Source of the DNA: Ginglymostoma cirratum
Taxonomy: Eukaryota
Direction: 5' to 3'
DNA: 64,000 bases
Assembly: GCA_024137785.1 (NCBI GenBank)
Contig: JAHRHZ010000061.1
Coordinates: forward strand, 1,824,066 to 1,888,065
Position 1 is the first letter of the stretch. Every line of letters starts with the position of its first letter. Shown here piece by piece: positions 1-13,304 of the stretch. Under the pieces are notes generated by a model. The model saw only the letters and a list, made by a program, of their open reading frames with translations, made no database searches and was not told the DNA's origin. The position numbers and the translations under genes were made by a program.

Positions 1-57
1 GCTGCAGTTCAGAGGGATTTGGGCACCTTTCTGCATAAATGAGTAAATCTAAGTTGA

Positions 58-478
58 GCAGATAAAAGCACAGCAGGCCAGGCAGCATCTGGAGGAAAAG
101 AGAAGTCAACGTTTCCAGTATTACCCATCTTTAGGACTGGATGTGGGGTTAGGGGGGAGCTGCAGATAAAAAGAGGGAGGGGGGCAGAGGGGTAGCGGAA
201 TGATGGTAATAAGTAGACACCAGTAGTAAGTACAACAGTAGGTTGGTCTGGATTCATCCCTGCCATCAACCCACCACATCGTACCTACTACTGGTGTCCA
301 CCTATCACCACCAATCCGCTACCCCACTACCCTCTCTCTTTATCTGCAGCTCCCCTTACCCCCACATCCCGTCCTGTAGAAGGGTAAGACCTGAAACATT
401 GACTTCTCTTTTCTTCCAGGTAATGTCTGGCCTGCTGTGTTCTTCCAGCCTCCTGTTTGTCTACCTTGTATCTGCAGG
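58..478. mobile_element. Fold-back (inverted-arm) Penelope-like terminal fragment
   Basis: 58-~250 is the reverse complement of ~262-478 (cacagcaggccaggcagcatc / tgtctggcctgctgtg). Same motif set as the PLE termini elsewhere; degenerate hammerhead-like core at ~374-400. Confidence 0.7.
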
Positions 479-1498
479 AGCTTAGAAGAGGAACAGGCAG
501 CCTGATTAAAATATATAAGATATATAAAATCTTGACAGGGCAGCTGTGGAGACAATGTTTTCTTTCATAGGATAATGTAGAACTAGGAGTCACTATTTAA
601 AAATAAGCAGCTGCCCGTTTAAAACACAGATTGGGTGAAAGTTTTTCCCTCAGAGGGACATGAGTCTTTGAAACCCAGTTCCTAAAATGATGGTGGAAAC
701 AGAGACTTTGAATATTCTGAAGACAGAGGGGGATAGATTCTTGGTAAGCTAGGAGTGGAAATATTAACAGGGTAGGAATGTGGATTTGAGTTTACAGTCA
801 GATCAGCCATGATCTTATTAAATGGCAGAGCAGGTTTGAGGGGCCAAATGGCCTATTCCATGTGTCTGTGTATTTACATGTATGTTTAGGCAAATAAAAT
901 TCACACCTTCCATAGTCATCAAATCCTGGTGTGAAACTCAAAGTCTGGACTTCTGTCTCAGAGGCAAAGAAATGCCACTGCACACCAAACATTCTGGATA
1001 GTGCAGTACTTTTATAATGCATTAAAGGCTTAGAACCTTAAAGGAATTGTGGTAATATGCCTAGGATTAGTGAAAATCCTAGTATTTAGCTAACTGTTCG
1101 TTAAATATGAAATTTGATTTCCTTGCTAGTTTTTCTTAGGTTGCAGAACAATTGATTAATTCTCCTGTCAGGACTCAGCAACATGTCTAACTCTTTGGTG
1201 GAACAATGTTGATTAACTGCAGAAACAATTAAAAGAATTAATATTGCCCTAGCTCAAATAAATAACGTTAAGGCCTGTTTTTATGAATAGAAAGGAGTCT
1301 TGCAATGATATAATTTGAGGTAAGACTTAGTTGTAGAAGCTTCTTGCCTCTTTCCCTTCCTGTTAAAAAATTGGGAGCTAAGTCAATTTTGACTCTGTGG
1401 GTGATTAGTTTTGAATGAATTAAAGCTTTATTCATTCTGTCAGATGTGACAAAATCATTGAGTTACTTGAGCTTCAGCATTAATTCCAATTCACTTAC

Positions 1499-1529
1499 TG
1501 CCCAGACTCAATATCAAGTGCCGGACTTT
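1499..1529 (-). CDS. B7-family gene, 31-nt micro-exon after IgV (ESPALDIESG.., phase 1 to 2); gene continues beyond window start
   Basis: Minus strand: tttctcctgtttgtttcataacag|AAAGTCCGGCACTTGATATTGAGTCTGGGCA|gtaagt. Strong acceptor and donor; open in frame with the phase-1 IgV exon. Confidence 0.6.
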
Positions 1530-3046
1530 CTGTTATGAAACAAACAGGAGAAATGGTGCCCACAAGACTAGCCCTTCTCATGCTCACGTTTCCCATCAAG
1601 CTTTTATCTTATGCTTTTCCAAGATCCTTATCAGTGTCTAAGGCATTGCATCCATAAATCAGCTAAGCGTTGGCCATAAACTGAACTTTTACATTCTCAT
1701 CAAAGTGTATTAGTGGTCTACATCTTTTGAGATGTTTTCCATTTATTCAAACTATCCTGCAACACCATATTGAAAGTTGTTTATGTAATAAGTGTCCTTC
1801 TACTTTTCCAGGGTGTCTTTGAGATATGGATTGAAGGTGGCTTTTTTTGTATTGTGCAATGACAAAGGGTTAATTGATAATCTTGCTCTAAAGGAGACTT
1901 CAGAAAAGAGTAAACTTGATACGGTAGAATTTTTGATTAAGAGTGAAAACAATGTAGTTGAATCAAAAATAGGTTCTTCAATGTATACAAAGGAAAATGT
2001 GAAAATATAATGGGCAAATTACGGTGGCTAGGGAAAGTATATTAAAATGTCTAATAGTAAACAGGGAATGGTTTACATCTAAACTTTACAACAAAAATAC
2101 ATTCCTTTAATGCACAAGTGTTGAGTACCAGACAAGCACCATTGGTCCTGAGCTGTCTTGTATGGTTACCTGACATTTGCCCCGACATGGCAGGTAAAGG
2201 AAACTGGTGCCTCACTTTACAAGTTAGGCAAGTTATCCTACTTTGTTAGGAAAAACAGTTAGACAGAATATTTCTTAAATAGTAAGAAACTAGAAGAGGG
2301 AGTTTTAAAGACATGAGTCTCTGAAAGTCAACATGCAGGTACAGAAACCATTAACAAGACAAGTAATTTGTTACCTTTTACTACATGAGGATTTGAGTAT
2401 AGAAGTAAAAATGTTTTGCTACAAGTATAAAAAGCCTTTGTGAGACCACAGAATATTGTGTGCAGTCATGGTTTTCTTAGCTACTTGCCTTAGAGCGCAA
2501 CAAAAGCTAAACAAGTTAAACCCTGGGTTAGAAAGATTGTCCTATGAGGAAAGATTAAATAGAATGAGATGTGGAGGATGTTTTTCACTCATAGAATGGT
2601 GAATCTTTGGAATTTTCTATCCCACTGGCTGTGGAGGCTCCAACATTGCATATATTCAAGACTGAGATTGATAGAATTATAGATGTTAAAACATCAAGGG
2701 GCACAGGGATGGGAACATAAAAATTTTGTTCAAGTAGAAGATAAGCCAAAACCTCAATGAATGGTGGAGTCAGTCCAAGAAACAGAACAACCTATTCCTA
2801 CTTCTTATGTTCTTATGATGAATGGAGTTGAGGTAAAGATCAGCTCTGATCTAATGAATAGTGTTGACTGACCTCCTGTTTCCATTTTCTTAGGTAAGTA
2901 TTATTTAAAGTTTAGTTTGATATTATGCTTTAAACTTTGTTCTTTAAATCCTTGTTAAGTGTTAAATATTTTCACATTCTGTTAGTTTTTAAATTGCAAC
3001 TTAATTCATAGAAGACATTTTCAACAGAAAATTACATATTCCTGAC

Positions 3047-3373
3047 CAGCCACTTGTAGCAAAATGTCAATTTCTTGTTTCCCTTTAGACAAACTGATGT
3101 AACATTGGTACGTTCCTTCATCATTCTTGTTAATTCTTGAAAGCTGAAGCGATGCATTTCCTCTCATTATTTCATTTTTAAAAAGCTTTGTTCTTCCTCT
3201 GTAGTTTTGTTCTTGTCTCGATAGCTGATCTGTTCCTCGATAAAAGCTGTGAACTACAATGTTTTTAGGGCGCTTAATGCGCATCCAGTGAATCACTGCT
3301 TCAGATATTTGTGTTGGTTGAAATTTACATGGCAAAATGACATCCTTGGAAATGATACCTGTGATGCTCCCAT
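3047..3373 (-). CDS. B7-family IgV exon (HHLA2/VTCN1/CD276-like)
   Basis: Acceptor ttctctttccttttag, donor GCTG|gtcagg, 327 nt, phase 1-1. Encodes DVILPCKF..VIHW..VHSFYRGTDQLSRQEQNYRGRTKLF..GNASLQL..DEGTYQCYI, the B7/butyrophilin V signature. Confidence 0.92.
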
Positions 3374-3849
3374 CTAAAAGGAAAGAGAACAAGGATTATC
3401 TTTATTGTTGAAAAGAATATGCTTGAAATTTATGATCCAAATTTCAAAAACAGATCATGTTAATTAATTATAAAGTGAATGTTCACCAGCAATAATTATG
3501 CACAGTGTGGATCACTGTTTAGAGGCTGGCTTTTGGAACAGATTAACAAAATAGAGGTTTTGCGGCTAAACCTAGAATTGTGGCATGTAAAATTGATTTG
3601 TACTATTCCAAGAACATTGCCAGTATGCACAGATAACCACAGGTTTCCTAATGTTACTGCAAAACCGTTTTCTTAAACCTCTTTCCTCTACTTCTCCATT
3701 TCTATATCTAACAAAAAATGTGAGAAGCTCCTGGACTTCTTTATTAAGAAGATTGGGATCAACAAACTAACAGCATAAAATAACATGGCCACCTGAAACC
3801 ATCTACTTCTCCTCCCTGCTAAACCCTATTTAGGATGTATTGTCACTCA

Positions 3850-4820
3850 GAGATAGCAAGAACTGCAGATGCTGGAGTCAGAGATAACACAGTGTGAAGC
3901 TGGAGGAACACAGCAGGCCAGGCAGCATCAGAGGAGCAGGAAAGCTGACATTTTGGATCAGGATAACAAGCATGGGGCTGGATGAACACAGCAGGTCAAG
4001 CAGCATCATAGGAGCAGGAAAACCTGACGTTTCGGGCCTAAACCCTTCATCAGAAAAAGACCCTTCTTCAGAAATGGGGAGGGGTAAGGGAGCTGGGAAA
4101 TAAATAGAGAGTGGAAGGGTGGGGCTAGGGAAGGTAGGTAGAATGGTGATAGGTTAGTGCACTTAGGGACTGGTGGGGATTGGTCAGTGGGATGAATAGG
4201 TGGGAGAGAAAATGGAAAGATGTGTCAGGTCAAGGAGGCGGAGATGAGAGGGAGGCTTGGACATGGGATGAGGCCAGGGTTGGGGAGATTTTAAAACTGG
4301 TGAATTCCATGTTTAGGCCATTGGACTGTAGGCTCCTGAGGCGGAGTACGAGGTGTTGCTCCTGCAGTTTGCGTGTGGCGTCATTGTGACACTGGAGGAA
4401 GCCCAGGATGGACAAGTCACCCAGGGAGTGGGAGGGGAAGTTAAAATGGTTGACGACCAGAAGATGTTGTCGTTTGTTGCATACAGAGCGCAAATGCTCT
4501 ACGAAATGGTCTCCGAGTCTATGTTAGTCTCACCGATGTAGAGGAGGCCACATCAGGAGCAGCAGATGCAGTAGACCAAGTTGACGGATGTGCTGGTGAA
4601 CCCCTGTCTAATGTGGAAGATTTGTTTTGGGCCTTGAATGGAAGTGAGGGGGTTGAGGTGTAGGGACAGGCGTAGCATTTCCTGCAGTTGCAGGGAAAGG
4701 TGGCAGGGGTGGTGGGGTTAGTGGGGAGTGTGGAGCGGACAAGGGAGCCGCGTAGAGAGCAGTCCCTATGAAAGGCAGATAGTGGGTGGGGAGGGAAATA
4801 TCTCTTTGGTTGTAGGGTTG
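3850..4820 (-). mobile_element. Penelope-like retroelement 3' fragment (GIY-YIG end plus terminal repeat)
   Basis: ORF 4230-4493 (HFNFPSHS..LGFLQCHNDATRKLQEQHL) matches the C-terminus of the GIY-YIG ORF at 18835-19611; shares the terminal repeat. Confidence 0.85.
3962..4058 (-). mobile_element. Young short PLE-terminus copy (family A) nested in the older PLE's hammerhead region
   Basis: gataacaagcatggggctggatgaacacagcaggtcaagc...gacgtttcgggcctaaacccttcatcagaa interrupts the host sequence ttttggatca|gacccttcttcagaa. Confidence 0.75.
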
Positions 4821-5296
4821 CCCCACTTGTTGGTTCTATTTAATGAAAACTAATTTTGCTAGAAGCATGGCCTCTTTTCTACTGAAAAAGGGATGTGACC
4901 AAATGTTAATATCTACCTTTCTAATTTCATTTTCCATATCCTTAATACTCTTTATTTTTTAAAACACTTGATCTAATTCTCTATTAAAGAATATTATAAG
5001 AGTCGTTATTCTAGCACACCTCCAGATGTGCTAGTAAATAAAAAACAATGGACCCATTATTTTGAAACATGAACTATTTACAGGCACCATCAGTAAACAC
5101 TCAGTAACCAGTAGTGGTAAAGTTGTTGATAATTTTAATCATTAACACAATGTATAAAAAAGATGTTCTACAATCTTCTACTTTAATACATTAATTTCTC
5201 TGTCATTTTTAAGAGTCTATAGCTAATTTAACTCTGAAAGATTTTATAGCATAAGTCAACATGTAAATATAACATGTCAATAAAATAGGTTGTTAC

Positions 5297-5360
5297 CTGT
5301 CGTCACAGCCTGGAGTTGCAAAATTGCAAAAACCTTAAAGCAGAGTATTTGACATAGCAT
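5297..5360 (-). CDS. B7-family gene, signal-peptide exon (MLCQILCFKVFAILQLQAVTT)
   Basis: acaaggATG start, hydrophobic leader, ACAG|gtaaca donor, 64 nt phase 1. Joins in frame to IgV (VTT-D-GSITG). Confidence 0.8.
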
Positions 5361-7559
5361 CCTTGTGCTTCTTTCTGTTCTCAATAGGCTGCATTTAAAT
5401 ATATCTCCACATATAATGTAGAAGGCAGAACTTATTCTCAGTGAACAGGCCAGGTCATTCCTTAAGAGTCATCTTTCTACTGTTAAAAAAAGACAAATTA
5501 TGAAAGAAAATCAACTGAACGAATGTATCTATAGCACACAAGTTGCACAATGTTCAATAAGAACATAGTGACTGTTGGTAAGTTTATGGCCAGCACTCAA
5601 CACTCGCAGGATAGCACTCAGAGCTGTCTTGTCCAATGTCCAGAGTGAGTGGATTCTCTTTTACTCAAAGCAACGAATTCGGACTTATTATGACACACTC
5701 AAGGGCAGTTGTGGCATCAGCCCAGACCTATTCACTCATGTCCTTTGGAGACAGAATTTTACTGTCCTTACCTGAGTTGGCCTACATGTTACTCCAGACC
5801 CACAGCAATGTGATTGACTCTTAATTGTCCTCTGGGCAACTAGGAAAGGGTAATAACTGCCAGTCTCACTGGTGATGCCCACATCCCGTAAATAAATAAA
5901 AAATTCAGGAGGACAGGGTTAACATATATGTGACTTGGATCAAGGTAGGATATTGAAAGTCTGGGCTGGCCACTAGACTATGTAGGAGTGATGAAATGAA
6001 CATTGAACATTTTGCAAACACACACAGAAAATATTATTCGTGATGGAAGCAAGGAAGGGAAAGAATATAGCAGAAGGAATAGAAGGGGTGAGAGGAAGAT
6101 AAGATTGCATCTTTACACACCTTTCGTGACCTCTGCATGCAATTTATATCCAGTCAAGTACTGTTTACGTTTTGTCACTGGTGCAATGTAGGTTACAGAC
6201 CATTTCAATTCTGTGGGAGAGCAAAAAACCTGATTGGAAGAATCCAAATAGATTTGTGGAAGAGATGTGCACTGATATGGAAGGTAACAAAATGTTTCAG
6301 ATGTTTGGAGAGGGAAGAAATGTAAATGAGAAAAGATAATTGAAGATGAATATTGTGCAGGAGGTTGATGACAGAGGCTATGAAACTGAAGCAAGGGAAC
6401 CGACCACTGGGGACCAGCAGTGGAAATGAGTGTTCAGGAATTTACTGGTAACAGTGTTGAGAAAACAAGTAAGGAGTCTCCCAGACAACTTGACTTGGAG
6501 TGTTCACTGACAGCAAAGGGAAAGAAAATGTGAAGAGATGAAAGACAAAGGAAGTTTTTCACTTAAAAGTGTCTTTCATGATCTGAGGATATTTCCAAGC
6601 AATTTCGAAGCAATTGTGTACTTCCTTCAAGTCAAATGAAGATAGGATATTAGATGGATCAGTAACTAAATATGTGGTAGGAGATGGGGGTGCATATGAC
6701 ATTATGAGCAAGGAAAATCAAGGAAGCAGCAGTGGCAGTCAAATGGATGGTCTTTAATGGTGAGGAAGAAACCCATAAATTCATTTTAAAGTCTGTTAGA
6801 TGTGAGGCTGGAGGGCTTAGATGAGGGGTATATGGTAACCAGTTAATAGTAGCTTTGCCACTCAGAATGATCCAAGAGAATTGGGTAATATCAGTCAAGC
6901 AGAGTAAGATCTAACAGCACTTATAGCAGACAATATTTGGTGACAGATGGTGAAACCAATTGTGCAGCAGCTAAATTCAGTGTTATGATTTTTTGGTCTT
7001 TACGTTGCAATCTGAGTTCACAAAACAAATTTAAAACCAGGCTCTAAAATCAACAGGAGGGAAAATAGGCAATCTATTTATAGCTTAAGGAAGAATGTTG
7101 AGCAGAACTCTAGGTGAACCCGTTATTCTTCTCACAAGACCATAAGACCATAAGATTTAGGAGCAGAATTAGGCCATTCGATCCATCAGATCTGCTCCAC
7201 CATTTAATCACAGCTGATTCATAAGGGTGTGTTGTTTATGTGAATTCACCTGTAACTCCAGGAGAATTTTGCGCCCATGCAGTGAACTGTGCAGCATCAG
7301 TGTCAGGAGTCTTGGAGAAGTTCCAACTTATGAAGGGGTCCCTTGTCTGGGGTCAGATATGTTGGAGGACAAACAGAAGAAAGGAACAGGAAGAAGTGAA
7401 AACCAAATTCAGGGCATTAATTGGGTGAATCTTACCAGAAATCCACTGTGATTTTTTATATGAGTTTCACGGAAGGTTTTTGTCTGTGAGTCTTTGTTAT
7501 CTTTGCAGACTCATCTTATTAACTATACAGCGTGCCTCTAAGGCACCCCACTGGTTGTA

Positions 7560-9786
7560 TTTGCCCACTCCCCATAGACAGAAGTATCTAGTGACTGCTG
7601 AGATCTCTTTCAATTCTTGCAGTGGTTGAGATAATTCTTTATCCAAAAGTTACACAATAATGTTTCTCCTTTTTGTGCCACCTACATTAAATTGCCTTCA
7701 TCCTTTCATACTTCACTAATATTACAATTTCCTGCTGCTATCAGGGAAGTGAAGGAACGGTTACCATCCAGTTGGCGAACTATAACTCCAAATGAGATCT
7801 GCTGTTGATGTGGGATTCTTGCCCATACTGCATCGGGGTAGAAATAGATAATAGATGGCCCAATGGAGAGGAAAGCCTAACAGCATATGCATGTAGGAAC
7901 ATGGCTAATGCAGAGGGTAAATATGCCCAGATAGAGAAGGAAGGTTTTGCATACATATTTGGAGTCAGGAATACCACCAATACCTTTTACAGACATAAAT
8001 TTGTAATAATAATGGACCACAAATCCCTGCTAGTCTTACTTAAAGAGGACAAGGTAGTGCTGCCCATAGGTGCGGGCCAAATTATGTGGTGGGCTATAAT
8101 ACTAAATGTGTATAATGAGGAGTTGGAACGCTGTTTGGGAGGTCAGGTAGCAAATGCGGATGGCTTGAGCTGCCTCCTGCTGGCAGATACACCACCAGTT
8201 GAAGGGTCTGTAATGGTTTCAAATTTTCTGGACGCACTTCCAGTCACAGCTGACAATATCAGACATTAGACGCAGAATGACCCGGTCCTGGCAAAATTGA
8301 AACAACTGGTGGTGATGGGGGACAGCAAAGGGCCATCATAACCAGAATTGAAACATTTCTGGACTCGGAGGGACCAGATCACCATAAAGGATGGCATATT
8401 ATTATGGGGAGCAAGAGTGATTGTTTCGAGCAAAGGTCACCATCGGGTACAGGCTGAACTCCACCAGGGTCATCCGGGGGTTTCCAAAATGAAGGTGTTG
8501 GCGGGAAGTCATGTACAGTAGCCAGGATTGCATGCAGGCAGCGAAACTTCGGAGGCGGGGGTGGGGGGCAGTGCCCAGAGTGCCAACAAGGTCAAAAATT
8601 ACCGCCTGCACCTCCTCCACATTCATGGAAATGGCGGGGTAAACCATAGACTTGGTTACATTTCATCTATGCAGGTCCTTTCATGGGCTTGATATTCTTA
8701 GCTATTGTGGATGCCCACTCAAAGTGGCTGGATGTTCACAGAGTTCATTCATCATGCACGGGATGATGACAGAAAAGCTGCATGCATTCTTTGCAATATA
8801 TGGACTTCCAGAAGTATTGGTCACAGATAACAGGCCGTCATTTACCAGCAGGGAATTTGAGTATTTCCTACCATTGGATGGTATTTGACATATAAGGACA
8901 GCTCTATACCATCCATCATTCAATGGTCTGACAGGAAGAACTGTCACAAGCTTTGAAGATGGGCTTAAAGGAACAGTCTACAGCTTTCTGTTTTCATCAG
9001 TTTTCTGATGAAGGGTTTAGGCCCGAAACGTCAAGTTTTCCTGCTCTTATGATGCTGCTTGACCTGCTGTGTTCATCCAGCCCCATGCTTGTTATCTCTA
9101 GTCTACAGCTTCATCTGATACCAAACTGTCCTGGTTCCTAAGTGATTATAGGACCAGCCCTCGTGCAACTACAGGGATAGCTCCAGCAGAGTTGGTGATG
9201 GAGAGAAGACTCCGCACCAGGTTAAATCTGATCTTCCCAGACCTGGGGGAGAGGGTGAAATGGCATCAGGAACACCAATACTGGACACAATACTCTGCTA
9301 AGAGAGACGGGCAGTTTACTTCAGGGGATGAGGTTTGGTGTAGAAACCACAGGAATGGCCCTGCATAGGTAAGAAACATGCCCAATGCGAGGTCAGGTCC
9401 AGTGATGTATAAAGTTCAGGTAGGTGCGATGATCTTAAACAAGCTCAGAGACGATATGGAAGACGCAAACTCACAAACGATGCAGGAGCAAAACGTGCCC
9501 GGCTCCTTAACAGCCTCTCTGACAGTTCCGGAACCCAGGAGTTTGCCCCCTCCATCAAGGCATACCTCGAAATCTGAGGTAGATACGGCAGATGTCACTG
9601 TCTCAACACCTTTGCCTCCTGAAGAGGAGAATGAATTTCTTCCGAGACACTCTGGGTGCAAATGCTGTGTGTTACACGCTGCCCATATCAGAGGCAGAGT
9701 TGAAGGAACATGACCCGATGCTAAACCCCCAGGAGGAGCTGCAAATAAAAAGAACCAGCATATGTCCTCGGACATGGGGTTGGATT
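7560..9786 (+). mobile_element. Degenerate Ty3/Gypsy LTR retrotransposon pol remnant (RNase H, integrase)
   Basis: AEGKYAQIEKEG..IFGV and MDHKSL (RNase H); LHQGHPG (H2C2); LVTDNRPSFTSREF and YHPS-NGL (integrase core). Multiple stops and frameshifts. Confidence 0.85.
8987..9099 (+). mobile_element. Family A short PLE-terminus insertion with hammerhead motif (9001-9036)
   Basis: 12-bp TSD agtctacagctt (8975-8986 / 9100-9111); CTGATGA-a-GGGT ttag GCCC-GAAA-CG-TC. Confidence 0.85.
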
Positions 9787-12664
9787 TGTGGTGATTGTAA
9801 TGAGGTCAGCCAGGCGGACCTCATAGAACATTACTTACTTATTAGTAAGTAATGAAATTAAATCAATAGCAAGAAACGATGTACAATCAAATGATGTAGG
9901 ATCTGTGTGGGTAGAGTTGTGGAACTGCAAAGGTTAAAAAAGACCATAATGGGAGTTATGTAAAAGCCTCCAACCAGTAAACAGGATGTGGGGCAGAACG
10001 TACACCAGGACATAGAAAAGGTTTGTAAGAAAGGCAAGGTTACAGTGATCGTGTGAGATTTTATTAAGTAGGCGGACTGGGAAAATCAGGTTGGTAGTGG
10101 ATTGCAAGAAAAGGAATTTGTGAAATGTCTATGAGATGGCTTTTTGGAGCAGCTTGTGGTGGAGCCCACTAGGGAACAGGCAATACTGGAGTTAGTGTTG
10201 TGCAATGAGGCAGACTTGATAAGGGAGCTTAAGGTGAAGGAAATCTTAGGAGGCAGTGACCATAATATGACAGAATTTACTCTGCAATTTGAGACGGAGA
10301 AGCTGGAATCAGATTTAACAGTATTACAGTTGAATAAAGGCAACTACAGAGGCATGAGGGAGGAGCTGGCCAGAATTGACTGGAAGAGGAGCCTAGCAGG
10401 AAAGACAGTGGAACAACAATGGCAGGAATTTCTGGGAGTAACTTGGGAGACACAACAAAAATTCATCCCCAGGAAAAGGTAACATACTAAAGGGAGGACA
10501 AGGCATTCATGATTGACAAGGGAAGTCTGGGACTGCAGAAGTGCAAAAGAGAAATCATATAATGTGCTGAAGGTCAGTGGGAATCCAGAGGATTGGAAGC
10601 CTACAAAGACCAAGAGAGGACAACAAAAAAAGAAATAAGGAGGGAGAAGATTAAACATGAGGGTTAGCTAGCCAGTAATTTAAACAAGATTGCAAGAGTT
10701 TTTTTTTAGATATATAAAGGGCAAAAAAAGAGGCAAAAGTGGACATTGGGCTGTTGTAAAATGACACTGGCGAAGTAGAAATGATAGAAAAAGAAATGGC
10801 AGAGGAACTGAACAAGCACTTTGTGTCAGTCTTCACTTCGGAAGACACGAGTAACGTCCCAAAAATTCAAGAGAGTCAGGGGGCAGAGATAAGTATGGTG
10901 GTCATCACCAAGGAGAAGGTACTGGAAAAACTGCAAGGTCTGAAGGTGGATAAATCACCTGGACCAGTTGGACTACACCCGAGAGTTCTAAAGGAGATAG
11001 CTGTAGAGATAATGGAGGTGTTAGTGGTGATCTTTCAGATTCGCTGGAGTCAGGGAGGGTCCCGGAGGACTGGAAATCGCTAATGTAACCCTTCTGTTTA
11101 AGAAGGGAGTAAGGCAAAAGACAGGAATTTATAGGCCGCTTAGCCTGACCTCAGTTGTTGGTAAGATTTTGGAGTCCATTGTGAAGGATGAGATTTCTGA
11201 ATACTTGGAAGTGCATGGTAACATAGCACAAGTCAGCATGGTTTCATCAAGGGGAGGTCATGCCTGACAAATCTGTTAGAATTCTTTGAGGAGGTAAGGA
11301 GCAGGTTAAACCAAGGAGAGCCAATGGATGTTATCTACCTGAACTTCCAGAAGGCATTCGACAAGGTTGCACAGGAGACTGCTGAGTAAGATAAGGGCCC
11401 ATGGTGTTAGAGGCCAGGTACAGACACAGATAGAAGATTGGCTGTCTGGCAGAAAGCAGACAGTGGGGTTAAAAGGGTCCTTCTCAGAATGGCAAATGGT
11501 GACTAGTGGTGTTCCACAAGGGTTAGTGTTGGTACCACAACTTTTCACTTTATGTATTGGTGATCTAGATGAAGGAACTAAGGGCATTCTGGTCAAGTTT
11601 GTAGAAAATACAAAGATAGGTTGGGGGACAGGTGGTATTGAGAAGGTGGGGAGACTGTAGAAAGAGTTAAACAGGTTAGGAGAGTGGGCAAAGAAGTGGC
11701 AGATGGAATGCAATGTGGGAAAGTATGAGGTCATGCACTTTGGTAGGAAGAACAGAGGCGTATTTTCTAAATGGGGAGAAAATTCAGAAATCTGAAGGGA
11801 CTTGTGAGTCCTAGTCCAGGATTCTCTTAAGGTAAATTGCAGGTTGAGTTGGTGGTTAGGAAGGCATTTATTTCCTGAGGACTAGACTATAAAAGCAGGG
11901 ATGTACTTCTGAGGCTTTATAAAGCTCTGGTCAGGCCACATTTAGGGTATTGTGGGCAATTCTGGGGCCCATACCTCAGGAAGGATATACTGGCCCTGGA
12001 CCGGGTCTAAAGGAGGTTCACAAGAATGATCGCAGGAATTAAAGGCTTAAGGAATGTTTGAGGACTCTGGGTCTATACCCAATGGAGCTTAGAAGGATGA
12101 GGGGGGATCTACTTGAAACATATAGAATACTGAATGGCCTGGATAGAGTGAATGTTGGGAAGATATTTCCATTGGTAGGAGAGACTAGGACCTGAGGGCG
12201 CAGCCTTAGAGTAAGGGGAAGACCTTTTAGATCAGAGATAAGGAGAAACTTCTTCATTCAGAGAGTGGTGAATCTATGGAATTCACTGCTATAGAAGGCT
12301 GTGGAGGCCAGGTCATTGAATTTATTTAAAATGCATATAGATAGGTTCTCAATTGGTCAAGGGGTCAAAGATTACAGGGAGAAAACAAGAAAATAGGTTT
12401 GAGAAACTTATCAGCCATGGTGGAGCAGACTCATTGGGATGAATGGCCTAATTTCTGCTCCTATGTCTTATGGTCTAATATGAGTTCCCAGATTGGGGCT
12501 ATAAATCTGGTCCAATCAAGGATCTCCAGCTGACAGATAAAAACAGGAGTGTCAAAGGTTTTGAGAGCTGGCTCTGAGGGAGCTGTATCAGTGTCAAGGA
12601 CTCTTTGCATGTAAATAAAGGGTGACTTGGTAACAGGAAACCTGCCTCTGTGGAGTTTTTTTCA
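9787..12664 (+). repeat. Gypsy 3' LTR split by a CR1 insertion (9787-~9830 plus ~12479-12664)
   Basis: Starts TG after a G-rich tract and ends CA. The halves rejoin as cctcatagaa|tatgagttccc; AATAAA at ~12614. Confidence 0.55.
9831..12478 (+). mobile_element. 5'-truncated CR1 LINE, disrupted ORF2 (endonuclease end plus RT)
   Basis: PTREQAILELV, GSDHN, KSPGP-GLHPRVLKE, SGVPQG; 3' tail cctatgtcttatggtc. Confidence 0.9.
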
Positions 12665-13304
12665 GTAATCACTTAAAATGAGTACAGTTCTCTATTGTAT
12701 AAATGTGACAGTGACTGCAAATATGGTTCTGAGAATCTTTTTGGGTGCATCAAAGCAAACAACGTTAGCTGTTTGAATCTAACCATTAGGCATATCATTC
12801 ATGCAAATCAGGAATGTGTGTTCCTGTTGCAGACTACTGTACAAAGTTGGCCACATCATCTGATATGATATGGTAAACCAACTACAGGTTTGTATTTTAC
12901 AAAATTTTAACCTAGATGAAACAGGAAGGATCTCTCTGGCTTTATTTTGAAGCTGCAGTCTCTTACCAGTCACGAGTCACACACCAACCCTTTATCTTTA
13001 TTCCTCCAGCTCTCTGAACTCAACTAGCGTTCCCATCACTCAACTTTCTTCATTTTCATCACTAACTTGCATCTCCAGGTGTAATTAACATTCCTAGTAA
13101 AGTGGCTGTCGTCTGAAGACATTTTCTCTGGACAATTTTGTGGGGTCTTCTCTCCTGCTTGCACTCAAATCCAAGTGCTACCCAATTCATAAATCGCTCA
13201 TCTTCACAACATTTATACCATTTCTTGAACAGTAATTTCACCAATGCTCCAAAAGCAAGTTGAGTCTAATTTGCAGAGAGGCCCCCATCTAAAACCATTA
13301 AACT

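Noticed and set aside
3047-3373. Calling the gene HHLA2 or VTCN1
   Set aside because: It has features of both (VHSFYRGTDQL is HHLA2-like, CYISLSKGK is VTCN1-like); this cannot be resolved by eye.
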